This document shows, piece after piece, positions 26,701-41,800 of a stretch of 64,000 nucleotides of DNA. Location: the NCBI RefSeq assembly GCF_964204645.1, contig NC_134031.1:21484017-21548016 (forward strand). The letters are read 5' to 3'. The notes below the pieces were generated by a model. That model had not been told where the DNA came from. It searched no databases and saw nothing but the letters and a program-made list of their open reading frames with translations. The DNA is from Tubulanus polymorphus (taxonomy: Eukaryota; Animalia; Nemertea). Made by a program: the position numbers and the translations under genes. How positions within the stretch are numbered: the first letter of the stretch is position 1; each line of letters starts with the position of its first letter.

Positions 26701-29700
26701 GTAGATGGACTGAAAGATACAGATTTTTCTTGCAAAATAGGGTCCTAAAGATGATGAATTCTATCTTAATTGATGGGTTAGGGTGTACTGAACTGATTTC
26801 AAATAGATAGGTTGAAAGATTAAGAATTTTCTGGCTGCTTTTGGTTCTGAAGATGATGGATTCAATCTGAAAAGATGTGTTAAGGCGTATTGAACTGATT
26901 TCAAATAGATAGGTGGAAAGATTAAGAATTTTCTGGCTATTTATGCTCCTGAAGATGATGGACTCGATCTGAAATGATAGGTTAAGGTAAACTGAACTGA
27001 TTTCGAGCAGATGGACTGAAAGATACAGATTTTTCTTGCAAAATAGGGTCCTAAAGATGATGAGTTCTATCTTAATTGATGGGTTAGGGTGTACTGAACT
27101 GATTTCAAATAGATAGGTTGAAAGAATCAGAATTTTCTGGCTGCTTTTGGTTCTGAAGATGATGGATTCAATCTGAAAAGATGTGTTAAGGCGTATTGAA
27201 CTGATTTCAAATAGATAGGTGGAAAGATTAAGAATTTTCTGGCTATTTATGCTCCTGAAGATGATGGACTCGATCTGAAATGATAGGTTAAGGTAAACTG
27301 AACTGATTCCGAGCAGATGGACTGAAAGATACAGATTTTTCTTGCAAAATAGGGTCCTAAAGATGATGAGTTCTATCTTAATTGATGGGTTAGGGTGTAC
27401 TGAACTGATTTCAAATAGATAGGTTGAAAGATTAAGAACTTTCTGGCTGCTTTTGGTTCTGAAGATGATGGATTCAATCTGAAAAGATGGGTTAAGGCGT
27501 ATTGAACTGATTTCAAATGGATAGGTGGAAAGATTAAGAATTTTCTGGCTATTTATGCTCCTGAAGATGATGGACTCGATCTGAAATGATAGGTTAAGGT
27601 AAACTGAACTGATTTCGAGTAGATGGACAGAAAGATACAGATTTTTCTTGCAAAATAGGGTCCTAAAGATGATGAATTCTATCTTAATTGATGGGTTAGG
27701 GTGTACTGAACTGATTTCAAATAGATAGGTTGAAAGATTAAGAATTTTCTGGCTGCTTTTGGTTCTGAAGATGATGGATTCAATCTGAAAAGATGTGTTA
27801 AGGCGTATTGAACTGATTTCAAATAGATAGGTGGAAAGATTAAGAATTTTCTGGCTATTTATGCTCCTGAAGATGATGGACTCGATCTGAAATGATAGGT
27901 TAAGGTAAACTGAACTGATTTCGAGCAGATGGACTGAAAGATACAGATTTTTCTTGCAAAATAGGGTCCTAAAGATGATGAGTTCTATCTTAATTGATGG
28001 GTTAGGGTGTACTGAACTGATTTCAAATAGATAGGTGGAAAGATTAAGAATTTTCTGGTTATTTATGCTCCTGAAGATGATGGACTCGATCTGAAATGAT
28101 AGGTTAAGGTAAACTGAACTGATTTCGAGTAGATGGACTGAAAGATACAGATTTTTCTTGCAAAATAGGGTCCTAAAGATGATGAGTTCAATCTTAATTG
28201 ATGGGTTAGGTTGTACTGAACTGATTTCAAATAGATAGGTGGATAGATTAAGAATTTTCTGGTTATTTATGCTCCTGAAGATGATGGACTCGATCTGAAA
28301 TGATAGGTTAAGGTAAACTGAACTGATTTCGAGTAGATGGACTGAAAGATACAGATTTTTCTTGCAAAATAGGGTCCTAAAGATGATGAATTCTATCTTA
28401 ATTGATGGGTTAGGGTGTACTGAACTGATTTCAAATAGATAGGTTGAAAGAATCAGAATTTTCTGGCTGCTTTTGGTTCTGAAGATGATGGATTCAATCT
28501 GAAAAGATGTGTTAAGGCGTATTGAACTGATTTCAAATAGATAGGTGGAAAGATTAAGAATTTTCTGGCTATTTATGCTCCTGAAGATGATGGACTCGAT
28601 CTGAAATGATAGGTTAAGGTAGACTGAACTGATTTCGAGTAGATGGACTGAAAGATACAGATTTTTCTTGCAAAATAGGGTCCTAAAGATGATGAATTCT
28701 ATCTTAATTGATGGGTTAGGGTGTACTGAACTGATTTCAAATGGATAGGTGGAAAGATTAAGAATTTTCTGGCTATTTATGCTCCTGAAGATGATGGACT
28801 CGATCTGAAATGATAGGTAAAGATAAACTGAACTGATTTCGAGTAGATGGACTGAAAGATACAGATTTTTCTTGCAAAATATGGTCCTAAAGATGATGAG
28901 TTCTATCTTAATTGATGGGTTAGGGTGTACTGAACTGATTTCAAATAGATAGGTTGAGAGAATCAGAATTTTCTGGCTGCTTTTGGTTCTGAAGATGATG
29001 GATTCAATCTGAAAAGATGTGTTAAGGCGTATTGAACTGATTTCAAATAGATAGGTGGAAAGATTAAGAATTTTCTGGTTATTTATGCTCCTGAAGATGA
29101 TGGACTCGATCTGAAATGATAGGTTAAGGTAAACTGAACTGATTTCGAGTAGATGGACTGAAAGATACAGATTTTTCTTGCAAAATAGGGTCCTAAAGAT
29201 GATGAATTCTATCTTAATTGATGGGTTAGGGTGTACTGAACTGATTTCAAATAGATAGGTTGAAAGAATCAGAATTTTCTGGCTGCTTTTGGTTCTGAAG
29301 ATGATGGATTCAATCTGAAAAGATGTGTTAAGGCGTATTGAACTGATTTCAAATAGATAGGTGGAAAGATTAAGAATTTTCTGGCTATTTATGCTCCTGA
29401 AGATGATGGACTCGATCTGAAATGATAGGTTAAGGTAGACTGAACTGATTTCGAGTAGATGGACTGAAAGATACAGATTTTTCTTGCAAAATAGGGTCCT
29501 AAAGATGATGAGTTCTATCTTAATTGATGGGTTAGGGTGAACTGAACTGATTTCAAATAGATAGGTGGAAAGAATCAGAATTTTCTGGCTGCCTTTGGTT
29601 CTGAAGATGATGGACTCAATCTGAAAAGATGGGCTAAGGCGTATTGAACTGATTTCAAATAGATAGGTGGAAAGATTAAGAATTTTCTGGCTATTTATGC

Positions 29701-32700
29701 TCCTGAAGATGATGGACTCGATCTGAAATGATAGGTTAAGGTAAACTGAACTGATTTCGAGTAGATGGACTGAAAGATACAGATTTTTCTTGCAAAATAG
29801 GGTCCTAAAGATGATGAATTCTATCTTAATTGATGGGTTAGGGTGTACTGAACTGATTTCAAATAGATAGGTTGAAAGAATCAGAATTTTCTGGCTGCTT
29901 TTGGTTCTGAAGATGATGGATTCAATCTGAAAAGATGTGTTAAGGCGTATTGAACTGATTTCAAATAGATAGGTGGAAAGATTAAGAATTTTCTGGCTAT
30001 TTATGCTCCTGAAGATGATGGACTCGATCTGAAATGATAGGTTAAGGTAGACTGAACTGATTTCGAGTAGATGGACTGAAAGATACAGATTTTTCTTGCA
30101 AAATAGGGTCCTAAAGATGATGAGTTCTATCTTAATTGATGGGTTAGGGTGTACTGAACTGATTTCAAATAGATAGGTTGAAAGAATCAGAATTTTCTGG
30201 CTGCTTTTGGTTCTGAAGATGATGGATTCAATCTGAAAAGATGGGTTAAGGCGTATTGAACTGATGTCAAATAGATAGGTGGAAAGATTAAGAATTTTCT
30301 GGCTATTTATGCTCCTGAAGATGATGGACTCGATCTGAAATGATAGGTTAAGGTAGACTGAACTGATTTCGAGTAGATGGACTGAAAGATACAGATTTTT
30401 CTTGCAAAATAGGGTCCTAAAGATGATGAATTCTATCTTAATTGATGGGTTAGGGTGAACTGAACTGATTTCAAATAGATGGGTGGAAAGAATCAGAATT
30501 TTCTGGCTGCCTTTGGTTCTGAAGATGATGGACTCAATCTGAAAAGATGGGCTGAGGCGTATTGAACTGATTTCAAATAGATAGGTGGAAAGATTAAGAA
30601 TTTTCTGGCTATTTATGCTCCTGAAGATGATGGACTCGATCTGAAATGATAGGTTAAGGTAAACTGAACTGATTTCGAGTAGATGGACTGAAAGATACAG
30701 ATTTTTCTTGCAAAATAGGGTCCTAAAGATGATGAATTCTATCTTAATTGATGGGTTAGGTTGTACTGAACTGATTTCAAATAGATAGGTTAAAAGAATC
30801 AGAATTTTCTGGCTGCTTTTGGTTCTGAAGATGATGGATTCAATCTGAAAAGATGTGTTAAGGCGTATTGAACTGATTTCAAATAGATAGGTGGAAAGAT
30901 TAAGAATTTTCTGGCTATTTATGCTCCTGAAGATGATTGTCTCGATCTGAAATGATAGGTTAAGGTAGACTGAACTGATTTCGAGTAGATGGACTGAAAG
31001 ATACAGATTTTTCTTGCAAAATAGGGTCCTAAAGATGATGAGTTCTATCTTAATTGATGGGTTAGGGTGAACTGAACTGATTTCAAATAGATAGGTGGAA
31101 AGATTAAAAATTTTCTGGCTGCCTTTGGTTCTGAAGATGATGGACTCAATCTGAAAAGATGGGCTAAGGCGTATTGAACTGATTTAAAATAGATAGGTGG
31201 AAAGATTAAGAATTTTCTGGCTATTTATGCTCCTGAAGATGATGGACTCGATCTGAAATGATAGGTTAAGGTAAACTGAACTGATTTCGAGTAGATGGAC
31301 TGAAAGATACAGATTTTTCTTGCAAAATAGGGTCCTAAAGATGATGAATTCTATCTTAATTGATGGGTTAGGGTGTACTGAACTGATTTCAAATAGAAAG
31401 GTTGAAAGATTAAGAACTTTCTGGCAACTTTTGGTTCTGAAGATGATGGATTCAATCTGAAAAGATGGGTTAAGGCGTATTGAACTGATTTCAAATGGAT
31501 AGGTGGAAAGATTAAGAATTTTCTGGCTATTTATGCTCCTGAAGATGATGGACTCGATCTGAAATGATAGGTTAAGGTAAACTGAACTGATTTCGAGTAG
31601 ATGGACAGAAAGATACAGATTTTTCTTGCAAAATAGGGTCCTAAAGATGATGAATTCTATCTTAATTGATGGGTTAGGGTGAACTGAATTGATTTCAAAT
31701 AGATAGGTGGAAAGAATCAGAATTTTCTGGCTGCCTTTGGTTCTGAAGATGATGGACTCAATCTGAAAAGATGGGCTAAGGCGTATTGAACTGATTTCAA
31801 ATAGATAGGTGGAAAGATTAAGAATTTTCTGGCTATTTATGCTCCTGAAGATGATGGACTCGATCTGAAATGATAGGTTAAGGTAAACTGAACTGATTTC
31901 GAGTAGATGGACTGAAAGATACAGATTTTTCTTGCAAAATAGGGTCCTAAAGATGATGAATTCTATCTTAATTGATGGGTTAGGGTGTACTGAACTGATT
32001 TCAAATAGATAGGTTGAAAGATTAAGAATTTTCTGGCTGCTTTTGGTTCTGAAGATGATGGATTCAATCTGAAAAGATGTGTTAAGGCGTATTGAACTGA
32101 TTTCAAATAGATAGGTGGAAAGATTAAGAATTTTCTGGCTATTTATGCTCCTGAAGATGATGGACTCGATCTGAAATGATAGGTTAAGGTAAACTGAACT
32201 GATTTCGAGCAGATGGACTGAAAGATACAGATTTTTCTTGCAAAATAGGGTCCTAAAGATGATGAGTTCTATCTTAATTGATGGGTTAGGGTGTACTGAA
32301 CTGATTTCAAATAGATAGGTTGAAAGAATCAGAATTTTCTGGCTGCTTTTGGTTCTGAAGATGATGGATTCAATCTGAAAAGATGTGTTAAGGCGTATTG
32401 AACTGATTTCAAATAGATAGGTGGAAAGATTAAGAATTTTCTGGCTATTTATGCTCCTGAAGATGATGGACTCGATCTGAAATGATAGGTTAAGGTAAAC
32501 TGAACTGATTCCGAGCAGATGGACTGAAAGATACAGATTTTTCTTGCAAAATAGGGTCCTAAAGATGATGAATTCTATCTTAATTGATGGGTTAGGGTGT
32601 ACTGAACTGATTTCAAATAGATAGGTTGAAAGATTAAGAACTTTCTGGCTGCTTTTGGTTCTGACGATGATGGATTCAATCTGAAAAGATGGGTTAAGGC

Positions 32701-35700
32701 GTATTGAACTGATTTCAAATGGATAGGTGGAAAGATTAAGAATTTTCTGGCTATTTATGCTCCTGAAGATGATGGACTCGATCTGAAATGATAGGTTAAG
32801 GTAAACTGAACTGATTTCGAGTAGATGGACAGAAAGATACAGATTTTTCTTGCAAAATAGGGTCCTAAAGATGATGAATTCTATCTTAATTGATGGGTTA
32901 GGGTGAACTGAATTGATTTCAAATAGATAGGTGGAAAGAATCAGAATTTTCTGGCTGCCTTTGGTTCTGAAGATGATGGACTCAATCTGAAAAGATGGGC
33001 TAAGGCGTATTGAACTGATTTCAAATAGATAGGTGGAAAGATTAAGAATTTTCTGGCTATTTATGCTCCTGAAGATGATGGACTCGATCTGAAATGATAG
33101 GTTAAGGTAAACTGAACTGATTTCGAGTAGATGGACTGAAAGATACAGATTTTTCTTGCAAAATAGGGTCCTAAAGATGATGAATTCTATCTTAATTGAT
33201 GGGTTAGGGTGTACTGAACTGATTTCAAATAGATAGGTTGAAAGATTAAGAATTTTCTGGCTGCTTTTGGTTCTGAAGATGATGGATTCAATCTGAAAAG
33301 ATGTGTTAAGGCGTATTGAACTGATTTCAAATAGATAGGTGGAAAGATTAAGAATTTTCTGGCTATTTATGCTCCTGAAGATGATGGACTCGATCTGAAA
33401 TGATAGGTTAAGGTAAACTGAACTGATTTCGAGCAGATGGACTGAAAGATACAGATTTTTCTTGCAAAATAGGGTCCTAAAGATGATGAGTTCTATCTTA
33501 ATTGATGGGTTAGGGTGTACTGAACTGATTTCAAATAGATAGGTGGAAAGATTAAGAATTTTCTGGTTATTTATGCTCCTGAAGATGATGGACTCGATCT
33601 GAAATGATAGGTTAAGGTAAACTGAACTGATTTCGAGTAGATGGACTGAAAGATACAGATTTTTCTTGCAAAATAGGGTCCTAAAGATGATGAGTTCAAT
33701 CTTAATTGATGGGTTAGGTTGTACTGAACTGATTTCAAATAGATAGGTGGAAAGATTAAGAATTTTCTGGTTATTTATGCTCCTGAAGATGATGGACTCG
33801 ATCTGAAATGATAGGTTAAGGTAAACTGAACAGATTTCGAGTAGATGGACTGAAAGATACAGATTTTTCTTGCAAAATAGGGTCCTAAAGATGATGAATT
33901 CTATCTTAATTGATGGGTTAGGGTGTACTGAACTGATTTCAAATAGATAGGTTGAAAGAATCAGAATTTTCTGGCTGCTTTTGGTTCTGAAGATGATGGA
34001 TTCAATCTGAAAAGATGTGTTAAGGCGTATTGAACTGATTTCAAATAGATAGGTGGAAAGATTAAGAATTTTCTGGCTATTTATGCTCCTGAAGATGATG
34101 GACTCGATCTGAAATGATAGGTTAAGGTAGACTGAACTGATTTCGAGTAGATGGACTGAAAGATACAGATTTTTCTTGCAAAATAGGGTCCTAAAGATGA
34201 TGAGTTCTATCTTAATTGATGGGTTAGGGTGAACTGAACTGATTTCAAATAGATAGGTGGAAAGAATCAGAATTTTCTGGCTGCCTTTGGTTCTGAAGAT
34301 GATGGACTCAATCTGAAAAGATGGGCTAAGGCGTATTGAACTGATTTCAAATAGATAGGTGGAAAGATTAAGAATTTTCTGGCTATTTATGCTCCTGAAG
34401 ATGATGGACTCGATCTGAAATGATAGGTTAAGGTAGACTGAACTGATTTCGAGTAGATGGACTGAAAGATACAGATTTTTCTTGCAAAATAGGGTCCTAA
34501 AGATGATGAATTCTATCTTAATTGATGGGTTAGGGTGAACTGAACTGATTTCAAATAGATAGGTGGAAAGATTAAAAATTTTCTGGCTGCCTTTGGTTTT
34601 GAAGATGATGGACTCAATCTGAAAAGATGGGCTAAGGCGTATTGAACTGATTTCAAATAGATAGGTGGAAAGATTAAGAATTTTCTGGCTATTTATGCTC
34701 CTGAAGATGATGGACTCGATCTGAAATGATAGGTTAAGGTAAACTGAACTGATTTCGAGTAGATGGACTGAAAGATACAGATTTTTCTTGCAAAATAGGG
34801 TCCTAAAGATGAGGAATTCTATCTTAATTGATGGGTTAGGGTGTACTGAACTGATTTCAAATAGATAGGTTGAAAGATTAAGAACTTTCTGGCAACTTTT
34901 GGTTCTGAAGATGATGGATTCAATCTGAAAAGATGGGTTAAGGCGTATTGAACTGATTTCAAATGGATAGGTGGAAAGATTAAGAATTTTCTGGCTATTT
35001 ATGCTCCTGAAGATGATGGACTCGATCTGAAATGATAGGTTAAGGTAAACTGAACTGATTTCGAGTAGATGGACAGAAAGATACAGATTTTTCTTGCAAA
35101 ATAGGGTCCTAAAGATGATGAATTCTATCTTAATTGATGGGTTAGGGTGAACTGAATTGATTTCAAATAGATAGGTGGAAAGAATCAGAATTTTCTGGCT
35201 GCCTTTGGTTCTGAAGATGATGGACTCAATCTGAAAAGATGGGCTAAGGCGTATTGAACTGATTTCAAATAGATAGGTGGAAAGATTAAGAATTTTCTGG
35301 CTATTTATGCTCCTGAAGATGATGGACTCGATCTGAAATGATAGGTTAAGGTAAACTGAACTGATTTCGAGTAGATGGACTGAAAGATACAGATTTTTCT
35401 TGCAAAATAGGGTCCTAAAGATGATGAATTCTATCTTAATTGATGGGTTAGGGTGTACTGAACTGATTTCAAATAGATAGGTTGAAAGATTAAGAATTTT
35501 CTGGCTGCTTTTGGTTCTGAAGATGATGGATTCAATCTGAAAAGATGTGTTAAGGCGTATTGAACTGATTTCAAATAGATAGGTGGAAAGATTAAGAATT
35601 TTCTGGCTATTTATGCTCCTGAAGATGATGGACTCGATCTGAAATGATAGGTTAAGGTAAACTGAACTGATTTCGAGCAGATGGACTGAAAGATACAGAT

Positions 35701-35892
35701 TTTTCTTGCAAAATAGGGTCCTAAAGATGATGAGTTCTATCTTAATTGATGGGTTAGGGTGTACTGAACTGATTTCAAATAGATAGGTTGAAAGAATCAG
35801 AATTTTCTGGCTGCTTTTGGTTCTGAAGATGATGGATTCAATCTGAAAAGATGTGTTAAGGCGTATTGAACTGATTTCAAATAGATAGGTGG

Positions 35893-38800
35893 AAAGATTA
35901 AGAATTTTCTGGCTATTTATGCTCCTGAAGATGATGGACTCGATCTGAAATGATAGGTTAAGGTAAACTGAACTGATTCCGAGCAGATGGACTGAAAGAT
36001 ACAGATTTTTCTTGCAAAATAGGGTCCTAAAGATGATGAGTTCTATCTTAATTGATGGGTTAGGGTGTACTGAACTGATTTCAAATAGATAGGTTGAAAG
36101 ATTAAGAACTTTCTGGCTGCTTTTGGTTCTGAAGATGATGGATTCAATCTGAATAGATGGGTTAAGGCGTATTGAACTGATTTCAAATGGATAGGTGGAA
36201 AGATTAAGAATTTTCTGGCTATTTATGCTCCTGAAGATGATGGACTCGATCTGAAATGATAGGTTAAGGTAAACTGAACTGATTTCGAGTAGATGGACAG
36301 AAAGATACAGATTTTTCTTGCAAAATAGGGTCCTAAAGATGATGAATTCTATCTTAATTGATGGGTTAGGGTGAACTGAATTGATTTCAAATAGATAGGT
36401 GGAAAGAATCAGAATTTTCTGGCTGCCTTTGGTTCTGAAGATGATGGACTCAATCTGAAAAGATGGGCTAAGGCGTATTGAACTGATTTCAAATAGATAG
36501 GTGGAAAGATTAAGAATTTTCTGGCTATTTATGCTCCTGAAGATGATGGACTCGATCTGAAATGATAGGTTAAGGTAAACTGAACTGATTTCGAGTAGAT
36601 GGACTGAAAGATACAGATTTTTCTTGCAAAATAGGGTCCTAAAGATGATGAATTCTATCTTAATTGATGGGTTAGGGTGTACTGAACTGATTTCAAATAG
36701 ATAGGTTGAAAGATTAAGAATTTTCTGGCTGCTTTTGGTTCTGAAGATGATGGATTCAATCTGAAAAGATGTGTTAAGGCGTATTGAACTGATTTCAAAT
36801 AGATAGGTGGAAAGATTAAGAATTTTCTGGCTATTTATGCTCCTGAAGATGATGGACTCGATCTGAAATGATAGGTTAAGGTAAACTGAACTGATTTCGA
36901 GCAGATGGACTGAAAGATACAGATTTTTCTTGCAAAATAGGGTCCTAAAGATGATGAGTTCTATCTTAATTGATGGGTTAGGGTGTACTGAACTGATTTC
37001 AAATAGATAGGTGGAAAGATTAAGAATTTTCTGGTTATTTATGCTCCTGAAGATGATGGACTCGATCTGAAATGATAGGTTAAGGTAAACTGAACTGATT
37101 TCGAGTAGATGGACTGAAAGATACAGATTTTTCTTGCAAAATAGGGTCCTAAAGATGATGAGTTCAATCTTAATTGATGGGTTAGGTTGTACTGAACTGA
37201 TTTCAAATAGATAGGTGGATAGATTAAGAATTTTCTGGTTATTTATGCTCCTGAAGATGATGGACTCGATCTGAAATGATAGGTTAAGGTAAACTGAACT
37301 GATTTCGAGTAGATGGACTGAAAGATACAGATTTTTCTTGCAAAATAGGGTCCTAAAGATGATGAATTCTATCTTAATTGATGGGTTAGGGTGTACTGAA
37401 CTGATTTCAAATAGATAGGTTGAAAGAATCAGAATTTTCTGGCTGCTTTTGGTTCTGAAGATGATGGACTCAATCTGAAAAGATGGGCTAAGGCGTATTG
37501 AACTGATTTCAAATAGATAGGTGGAAAGATTAAGAATTTTCTGGCTATTTATGCTCCTGAAGATGATGGACTCGATCTGAAATGATAGGTTAAGGTAAAC
37601 TGAACTGATTTCGAGTAGATGGACTGAAAGATACAGATTTTTCTTGCAAAATAGGGTCCTAAAGATGATGAGTTCTATCTTAATTGATGGGTTAGGGTGA
37701 ACTGAACTGATTTCAAATAGATAGGTGGAAAGAATCAGAATTTTCTGGCTGCCTTTGGTTCTGAAGATGATGGACTCAATCTGAAAAGATGGGCTAAGGC
37801 GTATTGAACTGATTTCAAATAGATAGGTGGAAAGATTAAGAATTTTCTGGCTATTTATGCTCCTGAAGATGATGGACTCGATCTGAAATGATAGGTTAAG
37901 GTAAACTGAACTGATTTCGAGTAGATGGACTGAAAGATACAGATTTTTCTTGCAAAATAGGGTCCTAAAGATGATGAATTCTATCTTAATTGATGGGTTA
38001 GGGTGTACTGAACTGATTTCAAATGGATAGGTGGAAAGATTAAGAATTTTCTGGCTATTTATGCTCCTGAAGATGATGGACTCGATCTGAAATGATAGGT
38101 TAAGATAAACTGAACTGATTTCGAGTAGATGGACTGAAAGATACAGATTTTTCTTGCAAAATATGGTCCTAAAGATGATGAGTTCTATCTTAGTGATGGG
38201 TTAGGGTGTACTGAACTGATTTCAAATAGATAGGTTGAGAGAATCAGAATTTTCTGGCTGCTTTTGGTTCTGAAGATGATGGATTCAATCTGAAAAGATG
38301 TGTTAAGGCGTATTGAACTGATTTCAAATAGATAGGTGGAAAGATTAAGAATTTTCTGGCTATTTATGCTCCTGAAGATGATGGACTCGATCTGAAATGA
38401 TAGGTTAAGGTAAACTGAACTGATTTCGAGCAGATGGACTGAAAGATACAGATTTTTCTTGCAAAATAGGGTCCTAAAGATGATGAGTTCTATCTTAATT
38501 GATGGGTTAGGGTGTACTGAACTGATTTCAAATAGATAGGTTGAAAGAATCAGAATTTTCTGGCTGCTTTTGGTTCTGAAGATGATGGATTCAATCTGAA
38601 AAGATGTGTTAAGGCGTATTGAACTGATTTCAAATAGATAGGTGGAAAGATTAAGAATTTTCTGGTTATTTATGCTCCTGAAGATGATGGACTCGATCTG
38701 AAATGATAGGTTAAGGTAAACTGAACTGATTTCGAGTAGATGGACTGAAAGATACAGATTTTTCTTGCAAAATAGGGTCCTAAAGATGATGAATTCTATC

Positions 38801-41800
38801 TTAATTGATGGGTTAGGTTGTACTGAACTGATTTCAAATAGATAGGTTGAAAGAATCAGAATTTTCTGGCTGCTTTTGGTTCTGAAGATGATGGATTCAA
38901 TCTGAAAAGATGTGTTAAGGCGTATTGAACTGATTTCAAATAGATAGGTGGAAAGATTAAGAATTTTCTGGCTATTTATGCTCCTGAAGATGATGGACTC
39001 GATCTGAAATGATAGGTTAAGGTAGACTGAACTGATTTCGAGTAGATGGACTGAAAGATACAGATTTTTCTTGCAAAATAGGGTCCTAAAGATGATGAGT
39101 TCTATCTTAATTGATGGGTTAGGGTGAACTGAACTGATTTCAAATAGATAGGTGGAAAGAATCAGAATTTTCTGGCTGCCTTTGGTTCTGAAGATGATGG
39201 ACTCAATCTGAAAAGATGGGCTAAGGCGTATTGAACTGATTTCAAATAGATAGGTGGAAAGATTAAGAATTTTCTGGCTATTTATGCTCCTGAAGATGAT
39301 GGACTCGATCTGAAATGATAGGTTAAGGTAAACTGAACTGATTTCGAGTAGATGGACTGAAAGATACAGATTTTTCTTGCAAAATAGGGTCCTAAAGATG
39401 ATGAATTCTATCTTAATTGATGGGTTAGGGTGTACTGAACTGATTTCAAATGGATAAGTGGAAAGATTAAGAATTTTCTGGCTATTTATGCTCCTGAAGA
39501 TGATGGACTCGATCTGAAATGATAGGTAAAGATAAACTGAACTGATTTCGAGTAGATGGACTGAAAGATACAGATTTTTCTTGCAAAATATGGTCCTAAA
39601 GATGATGAGTTCTATCTTAATTGATGGGTTAGGGTGTACTGAACTGATTTCAAATAGATAGGTTGAGAGAATCAGAATTTTCTGGCTGCTTTTGGTTCTG
39701 AAGATGATGGATTCAATCTGAAAAGATGTGTTAAGGCGTATTGAACTGATTTCAAATAGATAGGTGGAAAGATTAAGAATTTTCTGGCTATTTATGCTCC
39801 TGAAGATGATGGACTCGATCTGAAATGATAGGTTAAGGTAAACTGAACTGATTTCGAGCAGATGGACTGAAAGATACAGATTTTTCTTGCAAAATAGGGT
39901 CCTAAAGATGATGAGTTCTATCTTAATTGATGGGTTAGGGTGTACTGAACTGATTTCAAATAGATAGGTTGAAAGAATCAGAATTTTCTGGCTGCTTTTG
40001 GTTCTGAAGATGATGGATTCAATCTGAAAAGATGTGTTAAGGCGTATTGAACTGATTTCAAATAGATAGGTGGAAAGATTAAGAATTTTCTGGCTATTTA
40101 TGCTCCTGAAGATGATGGACTCGATCTGAAATGATAGGTTAAGGTAAACTGAACTGATTTCGAGTAGATGGACTGAAAGATACAGATTTTTCTTGCAAAA
40201 AAGGGTCCTAAAGATGATGAATTCTATCTTAATTGATGGGTTAGGGTGAACTGAACTGATTTCAAATAGATGGGTGGAAAGAATCAGAATTTTCTGGCTG
40301 CCTTTGGTTCTGAAGATGATGGACTCAATCTGAAAAGATGGGCTAAGGCGTATTGAACTGATTTCAAATAGATAGGTGGAAAGATTAAGAATTTTCTGGC
40401 TATTTATGCTCCTGAAGATGATGGACTCGATCTGAAATGATAGGTTAAGGTAAACTGAACTGATTCCGAGCAGATGGACTGAAAGATACAGATTTTTCTT
40501 GCAAAATAGGGTCCTAAAGATGATGAGTTCTATCTTAATTGATGGGTTAGGGTGTACTGAACTGATTTCAAATAGATAGGTTGAAAGATTAAGAACTTTC
40601 TGGCTGCTTTTGGTTCTGAAGATGATGGATTCAATCTGAATAGATGGGTTAAGGCGTATTGAACTGATTTCAAATGGATAGGTGGAAAGATTAAGAATTT
40701 TCTGGCTATTTATGCTCCTGAAGATGATGGACTCGATCTGAAATGATAGGTTAAGGTAAACTGAACTGATTTCGAGTAGATGGACAGAAAGATACAGATT
40801 TTTCTTGCAAAATAGGGTCCTAAAGATGATGAATTCTATCTTAATTGATGGGTTAGGGTGAACTGAATTGATTTCAAATAGATAGGTGGAAAGAATCAGA
40901 ATTTTCTGGCTGCCTTTGGTTCTGAAGATGATGGACTCAATCTGAAAAGATGGGCTAAGGCGTATTGAACTGATTTCAAATAGATAGGTGGAAAGATTAA
41001 GAATTTTCTGGCTATTTATGCTCCTGAAGATGATGGACTCGATCTGAAATGATAGGTTAAGGTAAACTGAACTGATTTCGAGTAGATGGACTGAAAGATA
41101 CAGATTTTTCTTGCAAAATAGGGTCCTAAAGATGATGAATTCTATCTTAATTGATGGGTTAGGGTGTACTGAACTGATTTCAAATAGATAGGTTGAAAGA
41201 TTAAGAATTTTCTGGCTGCTTTTGGTTCTGAAGATGATGGATTCAATCTGAAAAGATGTGTTAAGGCGTATTGAACTGATTTCAAATAGATAGGTGGAAA
41301 GATTAAGAATTTTCTGGCTATTTATGCTCCTGAAGATGATGGACTCGATCTGAAATGATAGGTTAAGGTAAACTGAACTGATTTCGAGCAGATGGACTGA
41401 AAGATACAGATTTTTCTTGCAAAATAGGGTCCTAAAGATGATGAGTTCTATCTTAATTGATGGGTTAGGGTGTACTGAACTGATTTCAAATAGATAGGTG
41501 GAAAGATTAAGAATTTTCTGGTTATTTATGCTCCTGAAGATGATGGACTCGATCTGAAATGATAGGTTAAGGTAAACTGAACTGATTTCGAGTAGATGGA
41601 CTGAAAGATACAGATTTTTCTTGCAAAATAGGGTCCTAAAGATGATGAGTTCAATCTTAATTGATGGGTTAGGTTGTACTGAACTGATTTCAAATAGATA
41701 GGTGGATAGATTAAGAATTTTCTGGTTATTTATGCTCCTGAAGATGATGGACTCGATCTGAAATGATAGGTTAAGGTAAACTGAACTGATTTCGAGTAGA

